NCBI GenBank assembly: GCA_963754315.1
Contig: CAVWFS010000001.1
Location: 288,001-352,000 of the forward strand
DNA length: 64,000 nucleotides
Direction of reading: 5' to 3'
DNA from: an uncultured Candidatus Rokubacteria bacterium
GTDB lineage: Bacteria > Methylomirabilota > Methylomirabilia > Rokubacteriales > CSP1-6
A program made the translations under genes and the position numbers. The notes beneath the pieces are model-generated. The model made no database searches. It was not told where the DNA came from and worked only from the letters and a program-made list of their open reading frames with translations. Of this stretch, positions 1 to 10,026 are shown piece after piece (position 1 is the stretch's first letter; every line of letters starts with the position of its first letter).

Positions 1-45
1 GTTGTATCGCGAACCGATTATTTTTTAGGGGGGGATTGTTTGAAG

Positions 46-232
46 GGGGGCCTCGAAGGGCCCCCCTGGCCCCCCGGGGCGGCTCGGGGACGTCCCGGGG
101 GACCCGTGACGCCCCTCGGGAATGCGCTGAGGGTTTGGGGGCCTCGAAGGGCCCTCCTGGCCCTCGGGGTCGGGGAGTCCCGGGGGCCGTGACGCCCCTC
201 GGGAATGCGCTGAGGGCTTGGGGGCCTCGAGG
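46..232. repeat. REP-like GC-rich palindromic tandem repeat, about 2.2 units of 83-91 bp
   Basis: gggggcctcga recurs at 46, 137 and 220; ccgtgacgcccctcgggaatgcgctgaggg occurs twice; first unit has a GGGGGGCC...GGCCCCCC hairpin. Confidence 0.8.
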
Positions 233-271
233 GTTGGGTGCCGTGACGGAACGGGCGGGTGGGAGGTAGGG

Positions 272-862
272 ATGAGTGTGACGGAGGTGTCGCCGGAGCG
301 GGCGAGGGCTCTTGAGTATCTGACCGTGCGGGCGGAGGGGATGAGTGCGCGGGAGATTCGGGCGCGCGTTCGGGCGGCGGTGGCGGATTTTGACGCGGCG
401 CTGGAGGGAGTCGACGCGCGAGCGGCCCGGGCGGAGGCGCCCGTCGGCCAGTGGAACATCGCCCAGGTCGTCGATCACGTCGCGCAGACGACGATCCGCG
501 TGGCCGAGGAGTTACGCCATCTGCTCGAGGGGCGCCGGCCGCCGGGTCCGCCCGTTTACGACGCGCTGACCTCGGGAGCCGCCCAGTGGGCGCCTTGGCC
601 CGATCTCCAAGAGGGACTGCGGTCGGCCAACCTCGAGGTTGACGCGCTGCTAGGGCGCGCCGTGGAGCATGAGCCGGCGACGGTGGCGACTGCCCGGACG
701 ATCTTGGTCTTCAACCGCACACGTCCCGACGGGGGCGTGGAGCCGGAGACGTTCGAGGCCGAGCTGCCTTGGAAGGGTTATGCCATGGTGCAGCGACTAC
801 ATCTGCTCGATCACCGCACACAGATCCGGACGCTGCGCAGGGAAGGGGAGAGACGCTCATGA
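272..862 (+). CDS. DinB/YfiT superfamily protein
   Basis: WNIAQVVDHV and HLLDHRTQI His motifs; GGAGG SD before ATG 272. Confidence 0.75.
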   Translation: MSVTEVSPERARALEYLTVRAEGMSAREIRARVRAAVADFDAALEGVDARAARAEAPVGQWNIAQVVDHVAQTTIRVAEELRHLLEGRRPPGPPVYDALTSGAAQWAPWPDLQEGLRSANLEVDALLGRAVEHEPATVATARTILVFNRTRPDGGVEPETFEAELPWKGYAMVQRLHLLDHRTQIRTLRREGERRS

Positions 863-1927
863 CTGACGCGATCCGCACCAGCCTGGCCACCACCCGCAAG
901 CCCAAGCCGAAGGACAGCGAGCTGACCTTCGGAACTGTGTTCACCGACCACATGTTCGTGGCCGACTTTCAAGAGGAGAAAGGGCTGGTATGACCCGCGC
1001 GTGGAGCCCTACGGACCGCTCAGCCTCGATCCGGCGTGCGCGGTGCTGCACTACGCTCAGGCCATCTTCGATGGGCTGAAGGCCTTCCGGGGTGCGGACG
1101 GCAAGATCCGCCTGTTCCGGCCCCAGAAGCATGTCGAGCGGATGAATACCTCGGCGCGGCGACTGTGCATACCGCCCCTCGACCCGGAGCTTGCGCTGCG
1201 GTCCCTGAGCACCGTGGTGGGAGTCGATCGTGACTGGGTGCCGAGCACGCGGGGGACGTCGCTCTACATCCGGCCCACCATCATCGCCAGCGAAGCCTTC
1301 CTGGGCGTGCGCCCGGCCAAGCAATACATCTACTTCGTGATCCTGTCGCCGGTCGGGGCCTACTACCCCGAGGGGATGAATCCGGTCAAGATCCTGACCG
1401 AGGAGCACCACGTCCGCGCCGTGGAGGGCGGAGTGGGCGGAGCCAAGACAGGTGCCAACTACGCGGCAAGCCTCCTCGCGGCTGAGGAGGCCAAGCACAA
1501 GGGTTACACCCAGGTGCTGTGGCTGGATGGCCGGCAGCGTCGGTACATCGACGAGGTCGGCACCATGAACATCATGATCCGGATAGGCGACGAGGTGGTC
1601 ACGCCGCCCCTGTCCGGCACGATCCTGGCGGGTGTCACGCGGGACTCCGTGCTGACGTTGCTGCACGACTGGGGCATCACCGTCTCGGAGCGCCAGATCG
1701 ACATCGACGAAGTGGTGGCAGCGGCAGCCGACGGAACTCTCAAGGAGATGTGGGGGACGGGAACGGCGGCCGTCATCTCGCCAGTCGGCGAACTCGCCGT
1801 CAAGCAGCACCGGCTCGTGATCAACGGCGGACGCATCGGCGAGCTGACCCAGCGCCTCTACGACACGATCGTCGGCATCCAGTACGGCACGGTGCCCGAT
1901 GCCCACCGCTGGACGGTCGAGGTCTAG
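859..1927 (+). CDS. ilvE: Branched-chain amino acid aminotransferase (apparent +1 frameshift near 980)
   Basis: FGTVFTDHM, LHYAQAIFDGLKA, LYIRP, AKTGANY, ILAGVTRDS, GTGTAAVISPVG; removing one base in gagaaaggg restores KGWYDPRVEPY. Confidence 0.93.
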
Positions 1928-1932
1928 CACGG

Positions 1933-2439
1933 GTGATCCATTCCGTGGGGGACTTCATCCGATACTTCGAAGGTGTCCGCCGTCGCACGCGCTCGGTGAT
2001 CGAGCAGGTGACGCCGGACCTGTTGAACTGGCGTCCGCGCCCCGGTGAATTCACGTGCGGCGATATCGTGCGCCATCTGGCAGGAGCCGAGCGGTTCTTC
2101 GTGACCAAGGTCCTGGAAGACCGATGGACGTCCGACCTCGATCCAGGGCCGCCCCTCGATCACGGTGCGACGAGGACCCATCTCGACGAGGTGCATCGCG
2201 CCGAGATGAGCCGATTGGCTGAGTTGCCTGACGCGCGCCTGCAGGCGTCCATGCGCGACCTGGATGGTGGTCAGGTGAAGACGTGGCGTTTGCTCATGGC
2301 CATGGTCGAGCACGAAGTCCATCATCGGAGCCAGCTCGACTCATACCTGGCCGAGGCCGGCGTGGAGCCCCCGCAGCTCTACGGCTACCGGATGGAAGAG
2401 GTCCTCGCCCGGGCGGAGCGTCGCGAGGAGCGCGTATGA
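1933..2439 (+). CDS. DinB family protein
   Basis: WRPRPGEFTCGDIVRHL and MVEHEVHHRSQL His-triad motifs; GTG start. Confidence 0.85.
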   Translation: MIHSVGDFIRYFEGVRRRTRSVIEQVTPDLLNWRPRPGEFTCGDIVRHLAGAERFFVTKVLEDRWTSDLDPGPPLDHGATRTHLDEVHRAEMSRLAELPDARLQASMRDLDGGQVKTWRLLMAMVEHEVHHRSQLDSYLAEAGVEPPQLYGYRMEEVLARAERREERV

Positions 2440-2858
2440 CCGACTGTGTCTTCTGCAAGATCCGGGATGGAGCGATCCCGTCCGTGAAGATTTACGAGGA
2501 TGAGCGGACACTGTGCTTCATGGACATCAATCCCTTGAACCGAGGTCATTGCCTGATCGTCACCAAGCGGCACGCCGCCACCATCTGGGAGTCGAGCGTC
2601 GAGGAGCTGGGCGCCGCCATGGAGACGGCCAAGCGAATAGCCCTTGCCCTGCGTGAGGCCCTGCAGCCGGACGGTCTCAACCTGCTGCAGGCCAATGGCG
2701 CCGCCGCCTTCCAGTCGGTCCCGCACTTTCACCTGCATCTGATCCCACGCTGGACGAACGATGGCAAGGGATTCGACTGGCCGCTCGTGCCTGGCGAGCG
2801 CGGCGCCATCGTGGCCGCTGGAGACAAGATCAGGGCGGCCCTCGGAGGACGGCAATGA
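2436..2858 (+). CDS. HIT family nucleotide hydrolase
   Basis: DCVFCKI N-terminus, [13 protein letters not shown] histidine triad; ATGA overlap with upstream gene. Confidence 0.93.
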   Translation: MTDCVFCKIRDGAIPSVKIYEDERTLCFMDINPLNRGHCLIVTKRHAATIWESSVEELGAAMETAKRIALALREALQPDGLNLLQANGAAAFQSVPHFHLHLIPRWTNDGKGFDWPLVPGERGAIVAAGDKIRAALGGRQ

Positions 2859-3262
2859 TGAGCGAGCGCAAGGTTCGTGTCGTGGTCGCCAAGCCCGGGC
2901 TTGACGGGCACGATCGGGGCGCCAAGATCGTGGCCCGCGCGCTGCGTGACGCGGGCTTCGAGGTGATTTACACGGGATTGCACCAGACCCCCGAGCAGGT
3001 GGTGGCCACTGCCATCCAGGAAGATGCCGACGCCATCGGCCTCTCCGTCCTTTCCGGAGCCCACAACTACCTCTTCCAGCGTGTCCTGGAACTCTTGAAG
3101 GAGAAGGGGGTCGACGACATCGTGGTTTTCGGGGGCGGGATCATTCCCCCCGAGGACGTGGCGGCGCTGAAGGCGATGGGGGTCAAGGAGCTGTTCACGC
3201 CGGGCACCTCCACCCAGGACATCATCCGGTTCGTTCACGAGCACATCCGCGCGTCGGTGTAG
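2855..3262 (+). CDS. Cobalamin-binding small subunit of an acyl-CoA mutase (methylmalonyl/isobutyryl-CoA mutase C-terminal domain)
   Basis: [13 protein letters not shown] (DxHxxG), [20 protein letters not shown]. Confidence 0.93.
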   Translation: MMSERKVRVVVAKPGLDGHDRGAKIVARALRDAGFEVIYTGLHQTPEQVVATAIQEDADAIGLSVLSGAHNYLFQRVLELLKEKGVDDIVVFGGGIIPPEDVAALKAMGVKELFTPGTSTQDIIRFVHEHIRASV

Positions 3263-3294
3263 CGGCGCGAGGGACGATGGAAGGCAGGCAGGCG

Positions 3295-3547
3295 ATGAGC
3301 GACGAAGCGCTGCGAGCAGAGCTCGAGCGGTTGCGCGCAGAGAACGAGGCCCTGCGCGCCCGACCCGCCCGGGGCGTGTCGCTTCAAGGTGAGCGAAAAG
3401 GGCGGGGTATCGGTGTACGGACTCGGCCGCTTCCCGGTGACGCTCTACAAGGAGCAGTGGTTGCGGCTGCTCGACATGGCCGACGACATCCGGGCCTTCA
3501 TCCGCGAGCACGAGGCAGCCCTGAAGGCGAAGGAACCGCGCGGGTGA
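3295..3547 (+). CDS. Small hypothetical protein with N-terminal coiled coil (apparent +1 frameshift near 3384)
   Basis: Corrected frame reads [20 protein letters not shown]...[32 protein letters not shown]...; stop is 1 nt before the next ATG. Confidence 0.7.
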
Positions 3548-3548
3548 G

Positions 3549-4694
3549 ATGGACTTCGCGCTGACCGACGACCAGCGTCGCCTGCGCGAGGTGGCGCGCG
3601 AGTTCGCGGAGGCGGAGCTCGGGGACAAGATCGCCCCGTACGACGAGCGGAACGAGTTTCCCCACGCGATCGTGAGCAAGCTGGGAGAGCTGGGTTTTCT
3701 CGGCGTGCTGGTATCCCCCGAGTACGGTGGGGCCGGGCTCGACTACGTGTCCTATGCCCTGATCGTGGAGGAGCTGAATCGAGGCGATGCCTCCGTCGGC
3801 ATCACCATGTGGGCGCACAACTCGCTGTGCACCAACCACATCGCGCTCTTCGGCTCGTCGGCGCTTCGCGAGACCTATCTGCCGCGCCTGGCGCGTGGCG
3901 AGATGCTGGGCGCGTGGGGGCTGACGGAGCCGGGGTCGGGTTCAGACGCGGCTGCCCTCCGCACGCGCGCCGAGCTCAATGGGAACCAATGGGTGCTGAA
4001 CGGCGAGAAGGCCTTCATCACCAATGCGAGTGTGGGTCGTGTGGCCGTCGTCATGGCGCGCACCGATCCCGAGAAGGGGCCGAAGGGAATCTCTGCGTTC
4101 GTCGTCGAGAAGGGCACGCCGGGCTTCACGGCGGGCAAGCCCTACCGTAAACTCGGGCTGCACGCCTCCGACACCGCCGCGCTGATCTTCGAGGACGCTC
4201 GGGTGCCCGACAGCAATCTCTGCGGCGCGCGCGGCATGGGGTTTGTCAACGCCATGCAGGTGCTGGAGGGTGGCCGCATCGCCATGGCGGCCATGGCGGT
4301 CGGCATTGCCCAGGCGGCCCTGGATCAGGCCGTGAAGTACATGAAGCAACGATCGGCCTTCGGCAAGACCCTGGCGGAATTCAATGGGTTACAGGGGATG
4401 ATCGCGGAGGTGGCCACGGAGGTCGAGGCCGCCCGGCTGCTGACCTTGCAGGCCGCCTACTTGAAGGATCAGGGACGACCGGCCATGCACACAGCGGCTA
4501 TGGCCAAGCTCTTCGCCTCGGAGACGGCCATGCGGGCGGCCACCAGGGCGGTTCAGATCCACGGCGGCGCCGGTTACATCACGGAGTTTCCCGTCGAAAG
4601 GATCTTCCGCGACGCCAAGCTGACGGAGATCGGCGAGGGCACATCGGAGATCCAGCGCCTGGTGATCGCGCGCGAGATCTTGCGTCTCGGGTGA
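3549..4694 (+). CDS. Acyl-CoA dehydrogenase (short/branched-chain type)
   Basis: [48 protein letters not shown]. Confidence 0.95.
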   Translation: MDFALTDDQRRLREVAREFAEAELGDKIAPYDERNEFPHAIVSKLGELGFLGVLVSPEYGGAGLDYVSYALIVEELNRGDASVGITMWAHNSLCTNHIALFGSSALRETYLPRLARGEMLGAWGLTEPGSGSDAAALRTRAELNGNQWVLNGEKAFITNASVGRVAVVMARTDPEKGPKGISAFVVEKGTPGFTAGKPYRKLGLHASDTAALIFEDARVPDSNLCGARGMGFVNAMQVLEGGRIAMAAMAVGIAQAALDQAVKYMKQRSAFGKTLAEFNGLQGMIAEVATEVEAARLLTLQAAYLKDQGRPAMHTAAMAKLFASETAMRAATRAVQIHGGAGYITEFPVERIFRDAKLTEIGEGTSEIQRLVIAREILRLG

Positions 4695-4818
4695 CGGCCG
4701 CCGCCGGCTCTCCGCTCATCCAGATCGCCGCCGTCTCCAAGCAATACCAGAGCGTACGGCCGGTGAGCCTTGCGACGTGCGATCTGGCTCGTGCCGGCGG
4801 TCACTCCGCGCCAGATCG

Positions 4819-6042
4819 TCACAACGACTGGAGGAAGGCGAGGAGATCCGCTTGCTCGGCGGGACTGAGCGCGAGGAAGGCGTCGCGGGCGATGAGCCCC
4901 TCGCCGCCGTGCAAGGCGATCGCCCGGGTGAGGTCGGACGTTCGCCCGTCATGCAGGTAGTATTTCCGCGCGCGGAGACCCCATAGCGGCGGCGTGCGCC
5001 AGCGCCCCCCGCCCACGTCGCCGTCCGGGATGCGATCGTCGAGGGGCACGCCCAAGTAGTGCGTGAGGAGATCGGAGTAGAGCGGCACCTCGACCGCGTT
5101 GAAGGCAGGATTCGAGCTGGGGCCGGTCTTCATGACCGGCGTATGGCACGCGACACAGCCGACCTTGGCGAAGAGGGAGTCCCCGCGGCGAACGGCGTCG
5201 GTGATGGGCCCGCGCGGCGGCCCGCTCAGGAATGTCAGGTACGCGGTGATGCTGGTCAGCCTGGCCCCATCGGCATCCTCGAGATCGGGTGTCCGCTTGC
5301 ACCCGGGAGGAATGGGCTGGCCCTGAGGAGACAGCTCGTTCGGGTACAGGAGATTGGTAATCCCGAGTTCACCGATCAGCGCGAGCCCGACGAAGTCGGA
5401 GACGGTCGCGACCGAGGCCTTCCAGCCGAACCGGCCAATGATCCCGTTCGCCGTATTCGGCCGGCCGGCGATGCCGTCGCGGTTGGCATCCGTCGGGTCC
5501 GCCCGGGCCAGGATGGTGGCTTCGGGGATGGCTTGGATGAGGCCGAGCCCGAAAAGAGGGGAGGGCTGACGGGGCCCGACGGTCGTCGCCTCACGGGGAA
5601 CCACCTCGCCGCTCAGTTTGCAGTCAGGCAAGTCCTCGGCCACGCTCCGGCTCTGGATGGTCGGGCCGCCGAGGTTGAGCAGCGCGTTGAACGGCATGCT
5701 GGGGGTTTGCAAGCCGAATCGATCGGAATCCTGCAGACCGACGCGCCCGAAGCGGGTCACGAAGGTCGCCTCACTCTTGCCGCTACCCGCCGTCGTCGGG
5801 ATGCTGTGGCACGCCAGGCAACTCCGGTCGTTGAAGACCGGCCCGAGCCCTGTCTGCACGGTTTCGGTGGCCATGAACCGCCGGCGGCCCTCGTTGAAGC
5901 TTGCCAGCATGTCAGCTGGGAGATTCGCTACAGGGGAACCGGGCTGAGGGTCAGTCTGGGCGGTCAGCAGGCGCACGGTCCCCGGGATCTCGAATAGTGC
6001 CACGACGGCGAGCAGCGCCGTGACGAGCCAGCGCATGCGCAT
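4819..6042 (-). CDS. Exported di-haem oxidoreductase (DHOR) family c-type cytochrome
   Basis: Signal peptide; CLACH and CVACH haem motifs; GLGPVFN, GRFGWKA, YSDLLTH, WRTPPLWGL, YLHDGR. Confidence 0.88.
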   Translation of the reverse strand: MRMRWLVTALLAVVALFEIPGTVRLLTAQTDPQPGSPVANLPADMLASFNEGRRRFMATETVQTGLGPVFNDRSCLACHSIPTTAGSGKSEATFVTRFGRVGLQDSDRFGLQTPSMPFNALLNLGGPTIQSRSVAEDLPDCKLSGEVVPREATTVGPRQPSPLFGLGLIQAIPEATILARADPTDANRDGIAGRPNTANGIIGRFGWKASVATVSDFVGLALIGELGITNLLYPNELSPQGQPIPPGCKRTPDLEDADGARLTSITAYLTFLSGPPRGPITDAVRRGDSLFAKVGCVACHTPVMKTGPSSNPAFNAVEVPLYSDLLTHYLGVPLDDRIPDGDVGGGRWRTPPLWGLRARKYYLHDGRTSDLTRAIALHGGEGLIARDAFLALSPAEQADLLAFLQSL

Positions 6043-6115
6043 AACCCTTCCTCCACGCGTAATGTAGCCGTCTCTACTAGTCCGAAGTCAAGATCAGAGC
6101 TAGCATTATTGAATC

Positions 6116-6144
6116 TTGCCAATTACGATCGTAAATAGTATTAT
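6116..6144 (+). promoter_or_regulatory. Sigma70-type promoter with a palindromic operator in the spacer
   Basis: TTGCCA (6116-6121), 17 nt, TATTAT (6139-6144); perfect palindrome TTACGATCGTAA at 6123-6134. Confidence 0.7.
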
Positions 6145-6165
6145 TCGCCCGAACACAGAGAAAGT

Positions 6166-6768
6166 ATGGCGTTCTATCCGATCTTCCTGGATTTGAGTGG
6201 GCGCCGGTGTGTCGTGGTCGGCGGCGGCGCGGTGGCGGAGCGTAAGGCGGACAGCCTGCGCGCGGCCGGCGCCGCCATCACTCTGGTGGCACCCCAGCTC
6301 ACCCGAGGGCTGCAATCGCTGGCGGCAGCCGGGCAAATCCGTCACATCGCACGCTCTTTCCGAGCGCGGGATCTGGCCGGGGCCTACCTCGCTATCGTGG
6401 CGGTCAACGATTCCCGCGTGAGGGCCGAGGTGTCAGCGGCGGCTCGGAAGCGGCAGATTTGGGTCAACGCTGCCGACGATCCTGCGCGGTGCGATTTCAT
6501 CCTGCCTGCCGTGCTCCGACGTGGCCCCCTCGCCATCGCCGTCAGCACCGGCGGCACGAGCCCTGCGCTGTCCCGGGTCGTTCGCGATTGGCTGGAGGCT
6601 GAACTTCCGGCAGAGCTGTCCGCGCTCGCGTCGGCGGCCGCTACGGTGCGCCACGACCTCCGCGCGGCCGGGCGAATGCCCTCGGCGGCCGCCTGGCGCG
6701 CGGCACTCGAGCCAGAGATCCGGGCGCGGCTCGTGCGAGCTCTCGAGCACGCCGGAGGACCCCTGTGA
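6166..6768 (+). CDS. Precorrin-2 dehydrogenase / sirohydrochlorin ferrochelatase (CysG N-terminal part, SirC/Met8-like)
   Basis: YPIFLDLSGRRCVVVGGGAVAERK, VNAADDPARCDFILPA, IAVSTGGTSPALS. Confidence 0.9.
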   Translation: MAFYPIFLDLSGRRCVVVGGGAVAERKADSLRAAGAAITLVAPQLTRGLQSLAAAGQIRHIARSFRARDLAGAYLAIVAVNDSRVRAEVSAAARKRQIWVNAADDPARCDFILPAVLRRGPLAIAVSTGGTSPALSRVVRDWLEAELPAELSALASAAATVRHDLRAAGRMPSAAAWRAALEPEIRARLVRALEHAGGPL

Positions 6769-7524
6769 GGCCGGCCACCGTCTATCTGGTCGGCGCGGGT
6801 CCTGGTGATCCTCGTCTCATCACCGTGCGCGGCCTCGAGGTGCTGCGCCGTGCCGACTTTGTCGCCTACGACAGACTCGTGAGTGAGGAACTGCTCGCCG
6901 AGGCGCCGTCGTGGGCTGAGCTGGTCTTCGTCGGTAAGGCACCTGGCAATCATTGCATCCCGCAGCGGGAGATCTCTGCGCTGCTCATCGATGCGGCCCG
7001 GCGCGGGCTCGACGTCGTGCGGCTCAAGGGGGGCGATCCGTTCGTGTTCGGCCGGGGCGGAGAAGAGGCGCTTGCTCTGGCCGCCGCCGGTATTCCCTTC
7101 GAGATCGTGCCGGGAGTGTCGTCGGCCTTGGCGGTACCGGCAGCCGCTGGGATCCCTCTCACTCATCGTGGCCTTGCGTCCTCCTTCGCCGTGGTCACCG
7201 GCCACGACGAGGCCTCGAGCGGCACTCCGACTCGATGGGAGGAGCTCGCCACGGCTGTAGACACGCTCGTGCTGCTGATGGCGGTGGCAAGCCTCGAGCG
7301 TCTGGCCACCGCGCTCGTGACGCATGGCCGCCCCGCCACCACCCCGGTGGCGGTGATCCGCTGGGGGACCACTTCGCAGCAGGAAGTCGTGTTCGGGACC
7401 CTGGCCGATATCGCCGAGCGCGCCGCCGGGATCGAGCCGCCGGCTGTCGTCGTCATCGGCAAGGTTGTAGGATCTGGCTGGCGCTCTGGCTCCGGCCCAG
7501 AAGGTGGAGGAGTACGCAGCATGA
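6765..7524 (+). CDS. cobA: Uroporphyrinogen-III C-methyltransferase (probable +1 frameshift near 7470 makes it look fused to the next gene)
   Basis: VYLVGAGPGDP, VRLKGGDPFVFGRGGEE, PGVSSA; shifted frame gives VVDLAGALAPAQKVEEYAA-stop overlapping ATG 7521. Confidence 0.88.
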
Positions 7525-9218
7525 GTGACGCGGCTCTCAAGGAGACCAAGGCCCAGCGCGCAGAGCGACTCAAGCAGGCCCTGAACCCGTGGGACCACCT
7601 CACCGAGATCGAACGCTTTGCCCGGTCCGGTCATGCCTCCATCCCCCCGGAGTGGAACACGTACTTTCGATGGTGGGGCGTCTACAGCCAGGGGGACGGG
7701 CAGGGGGTGACGGGCGGCAAGGGTGGAGAGGGAAAGGCCGTCCCCTATTTCATGGTCCGTATCCGGATTCCGAATGGTGTGCTTCTCTCCCACCAGCTCC
7801 GGACGATCGCTGACCTCGCCGAGCGCTACGCGCGCGGCATCGGCGATCTCACCGTGCGCGAGAACGTCCAGCTCCACTGGGTACGGATCGAAGATCTCCC
7901 CGATCTCTTCCGGCGCCTGGCGGGCGCGGGACTCACCAGCATGGGTGCCTGTGGCGACGACACGCGCAATATCACCGGCTGCCCCGTGGCTGGTGTCGAT
8001 GCCGATGAGATTGTGGACGCCTCACCGCTGGTGCAGGCCGCCACCCGCATGCTCAACGGCAACAGCGCGTTTTACAATCTGCCGCGCAAGTTCAAGATCT
8101 CGATCACGGGCTGCCGCGTCTGGTGCTCGTATCCCGAGATCAACGACATCGGCCTCACCGCTGTCGAGCACCCCGTCACCGGCGAGGTCGGCTTTTCCGT
8201 GCGGGTCGGCGGTGGCCTCTCGACCAATCCTCACCTCGCGCCGAAGCTGAACGCTTTCGTGCACTGGAATCAGGTCCTGCCTGTCGTGCGAGGCATCGCC
8301 GAGATCTTTCGCGACAGCGACGTGCTCCGACAGGATCGGGAGAAGGCGCGGCTCAAGTTCCTGTTCCTCAGCCACGGCTGGACGCCCGAACGGTTCGAGA
8401 AAGAGCTCGAGCAGCGTCTGGGTTGGCGCCTCGACCCGGCGGTGGCCGAGACGCCGCCGGCGGACGTGTATCGCGACCACGTGGGTTTCCACGTTCAGAA
8501 GCAGCCCGGCTACTCCTACGCCGGCCTCGCCGTGCTGCGGGGCCGCCTGTCGCCCTACCAGATGCGAACCGCGGCTGACCTCGCCGACCGCTATGGCAGC
8601 GGTGAGCTGCGGACGACGGTCATGCAGAATCTGCTGATCCTGAACATCCGCCCCGAGGGTGAGGCAGAGCTCGCGGTAGCGGTGGAGCGAGCCGGCCTCC
8701 GCTTGCACGCTTCGCCGTTCTGGCGCGGCGCCATCGCCTGCACCGGGGCCGAGTTCTGCAAGCTGGCCCTCACCGAGACCAAGGGGTTCACCGCGTGGTT
8801 GGTGGGCGAGCTGGAGGCGCGGTTACCGGGCTATCAAAACCATCTCAAGATCCACGTGACGGGGTGCCCGAACAGCTGCGGGCAGCACTGGATCGCCGAC
8901 ATCGGTATTGAAGGCAAGAAGATCAAGGCGGGCGGCGAGCTGGTCGATGCCTACTACTTCTGCGTCGGCGGCGCGGTGGGACGCTATCAGGCGACAGCTC
9001 GTCCCGTCGGGTATCGCTGTCCGGCGACGGAAGTCCCAGCGGCGATCGAGCGCCTGCTCCGGCGTTATCTGGAGATCAGAGAACCGGGGGAAAACTTCCG
9101 CCAGTTCGCGGCGCGCCACGAGGAGACGGCCTTGCGCCAGATGCTGGCTGGTGGCGACACGATAGCGGTCGCGCGCGATCCGATCCCGGGCCGGGTGCCC
9201 CACGGCGTCGATGCATAA
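7521..9218 (+). CDS. Ferredoxin-dependent sulfite/nitrite reductase hemoprotein (siroheme, 4Fe-4S)
   Basis: GGAGGAG SD before ATG 7521; FMVRIRIPNG, LPRKFKISITG, CTGAEFCKL and GCPNSCG cluster/siroheme ligands. Confidence 0.92.
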   Translation: MSDAALKETKAQRAERLKQALNPWDHLTEIERFARSGHASIPPEWNTYFRWWGVYSQGDGQGVTGGKGGEGKAVPYFMVRIRIPNGVLLSHQLRTIADLAERYARGIGDLTVRENVQLHWVRIEDLPDLFRRLAGAGLTSMGACGDDTRNITGCPVAGVDADEIVDASPLVQAATRMLNGNSAFYNLPRKFKISITGCRVWCSYPEINDIGLTAVEHPVTGEVGFSVRVGGGLSTNPHLAPKLNAFVHWNQVLPVVRGIAEIFRDSDVLRQDREKARLKFLFLSHGWTPERFEKELEQRLGWRLDPAVAETPPADVYRDHVGFHVQKQPGYSYAGLAVLRGRLSPYQMRTAADLADRYGSGELRTTVMQNLLILNIRPEGEAELAVAVERAGLRLHASPFWRGAIACTGAEFCKLALTETKGFTAWLVGELEARLPGYQNHLKIHVTGCPNSCGQHWIADIGIEGKKIKAGGELVDAYYFCVGGAVGRYQATARPVGYRCPATEVPAAIERLLRRYLEIREPGENFRQFAARHEETALRQMLAGGDTIAVARDPIPGRVPHGVDA

Positions 9219-9292
9219 GCTCGTCCAGGGGCTGCGGTCTCCTTCGTCATGCGAGCGGGCAGACGGGCACCGGATCTCGCCCGCCTAGGCCT

Positions 9293-9721
9293 TCAGGAAA
9301 GGGCGAGGAGCGCAATGCGCTCGGCCCGGGCCGCCTGGTTGAGCCGCGTGTCGTAGGCGAGCAGCTGGACGTCTCCGGCTAGTTGGTTTCTGAGATAGAC
9401 GCAGGAGGCGAGCTGGATAGCGTCGCCCGAGCGCAGCACGTGTCGAGCCAGCCACGTCATGCTAGCGTGCGAGATCTCTGGCGTCAGCTCGACGACGTAG
9501 AGTGACGCGATGTCCGCCCGGAGCGCGACCAGGGCACGGTCCCGCTCGCGCCGCGAGAGAGTTCCTTCGTGGCAACGTCGGCAGAGCGCCGACGCCACCT
9601 CCACCTCGGATAGGCGGCTGGTAGCGATGCTGGCGCCGGTCAACGCCCGGCGGACGGCGGCGCTGGCCTCTTCCTCGACGTAGCGCTTCACCAGCGCACT
9701 AGCGTCGATGTAAACGGTCAG
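9293..9721 (-). CDS. vapC: PIN-domain toxin (VapC family), probable CTG start
   Basis: VYIDASALVKRY, SEVEVASAL, LRSGDAIQLAS, YDTRL acidic PIN motifs; directly downstream of the antitoxin. Confidence 0.88.
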   Translation of the reverse strand: MTVYIDASALVKRYVEEEASAAVRRALTGASIATSRLSEVEVASALCRRCHEGTLSRRERDRALVALRADIASLYVVELTPEISHASMTWLARHVLRSGDAIQLASCVYLRNQLAGDVQLLAYDTRLNQAARAERIALLALS

Positions 9722-10005
9722 AAGCGATCCTCCCGATCTTCCACCACGGCTCGGGCCAGCGACGTTCCCTTGTGCCGGATGGGACGAAACCGAGCAAGGC
9801 GGGCCGGCAACGTTCTCGACAGGTACCCGAGAGCCACCAGCTGGTCGAGGCGCGCGGCCGTGCCCGCCTTTGCGAGCACGATGGGCCGAAGCTCCGCCAC
9901 CGGCTCGCCACGGTCGGTGACCACGATGGTGCGGCCCCGCCGGACCTCCCGCAGATAGCTGCCCAGCCGCGTCTTCAGTTCACGGGCGCCCACCGCCCTC
10001 GCCAT
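9718..10005 (-). CDS. Phd/YefM family antitoxin
   Basis: VGARELKTRLGSYLREVRRGRTIVVTDRGEPVAELRP. Confidence 0.9.
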   Translation of the reverse strand: MARAVGARELKTRLGSYLREVRRGRTIVVTDRGEPVAELRPIVLAKAGTAARLDQLVALGYLSRTLPARLARFRPIRHKGTSLARAVVEDREDRF

Positions 10006-10026
10006 GCTCAATCCCCCAAGTACTTG

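Noticed and set aside
6765..9218. 817-aa CobA-sulfite reductase fusion in the ORF track
   Set aside because: A strong SD and an ATGA overlap at 7521, plus a natural CobA C-terminus in the +1 frame, point to two genes joined by an indel
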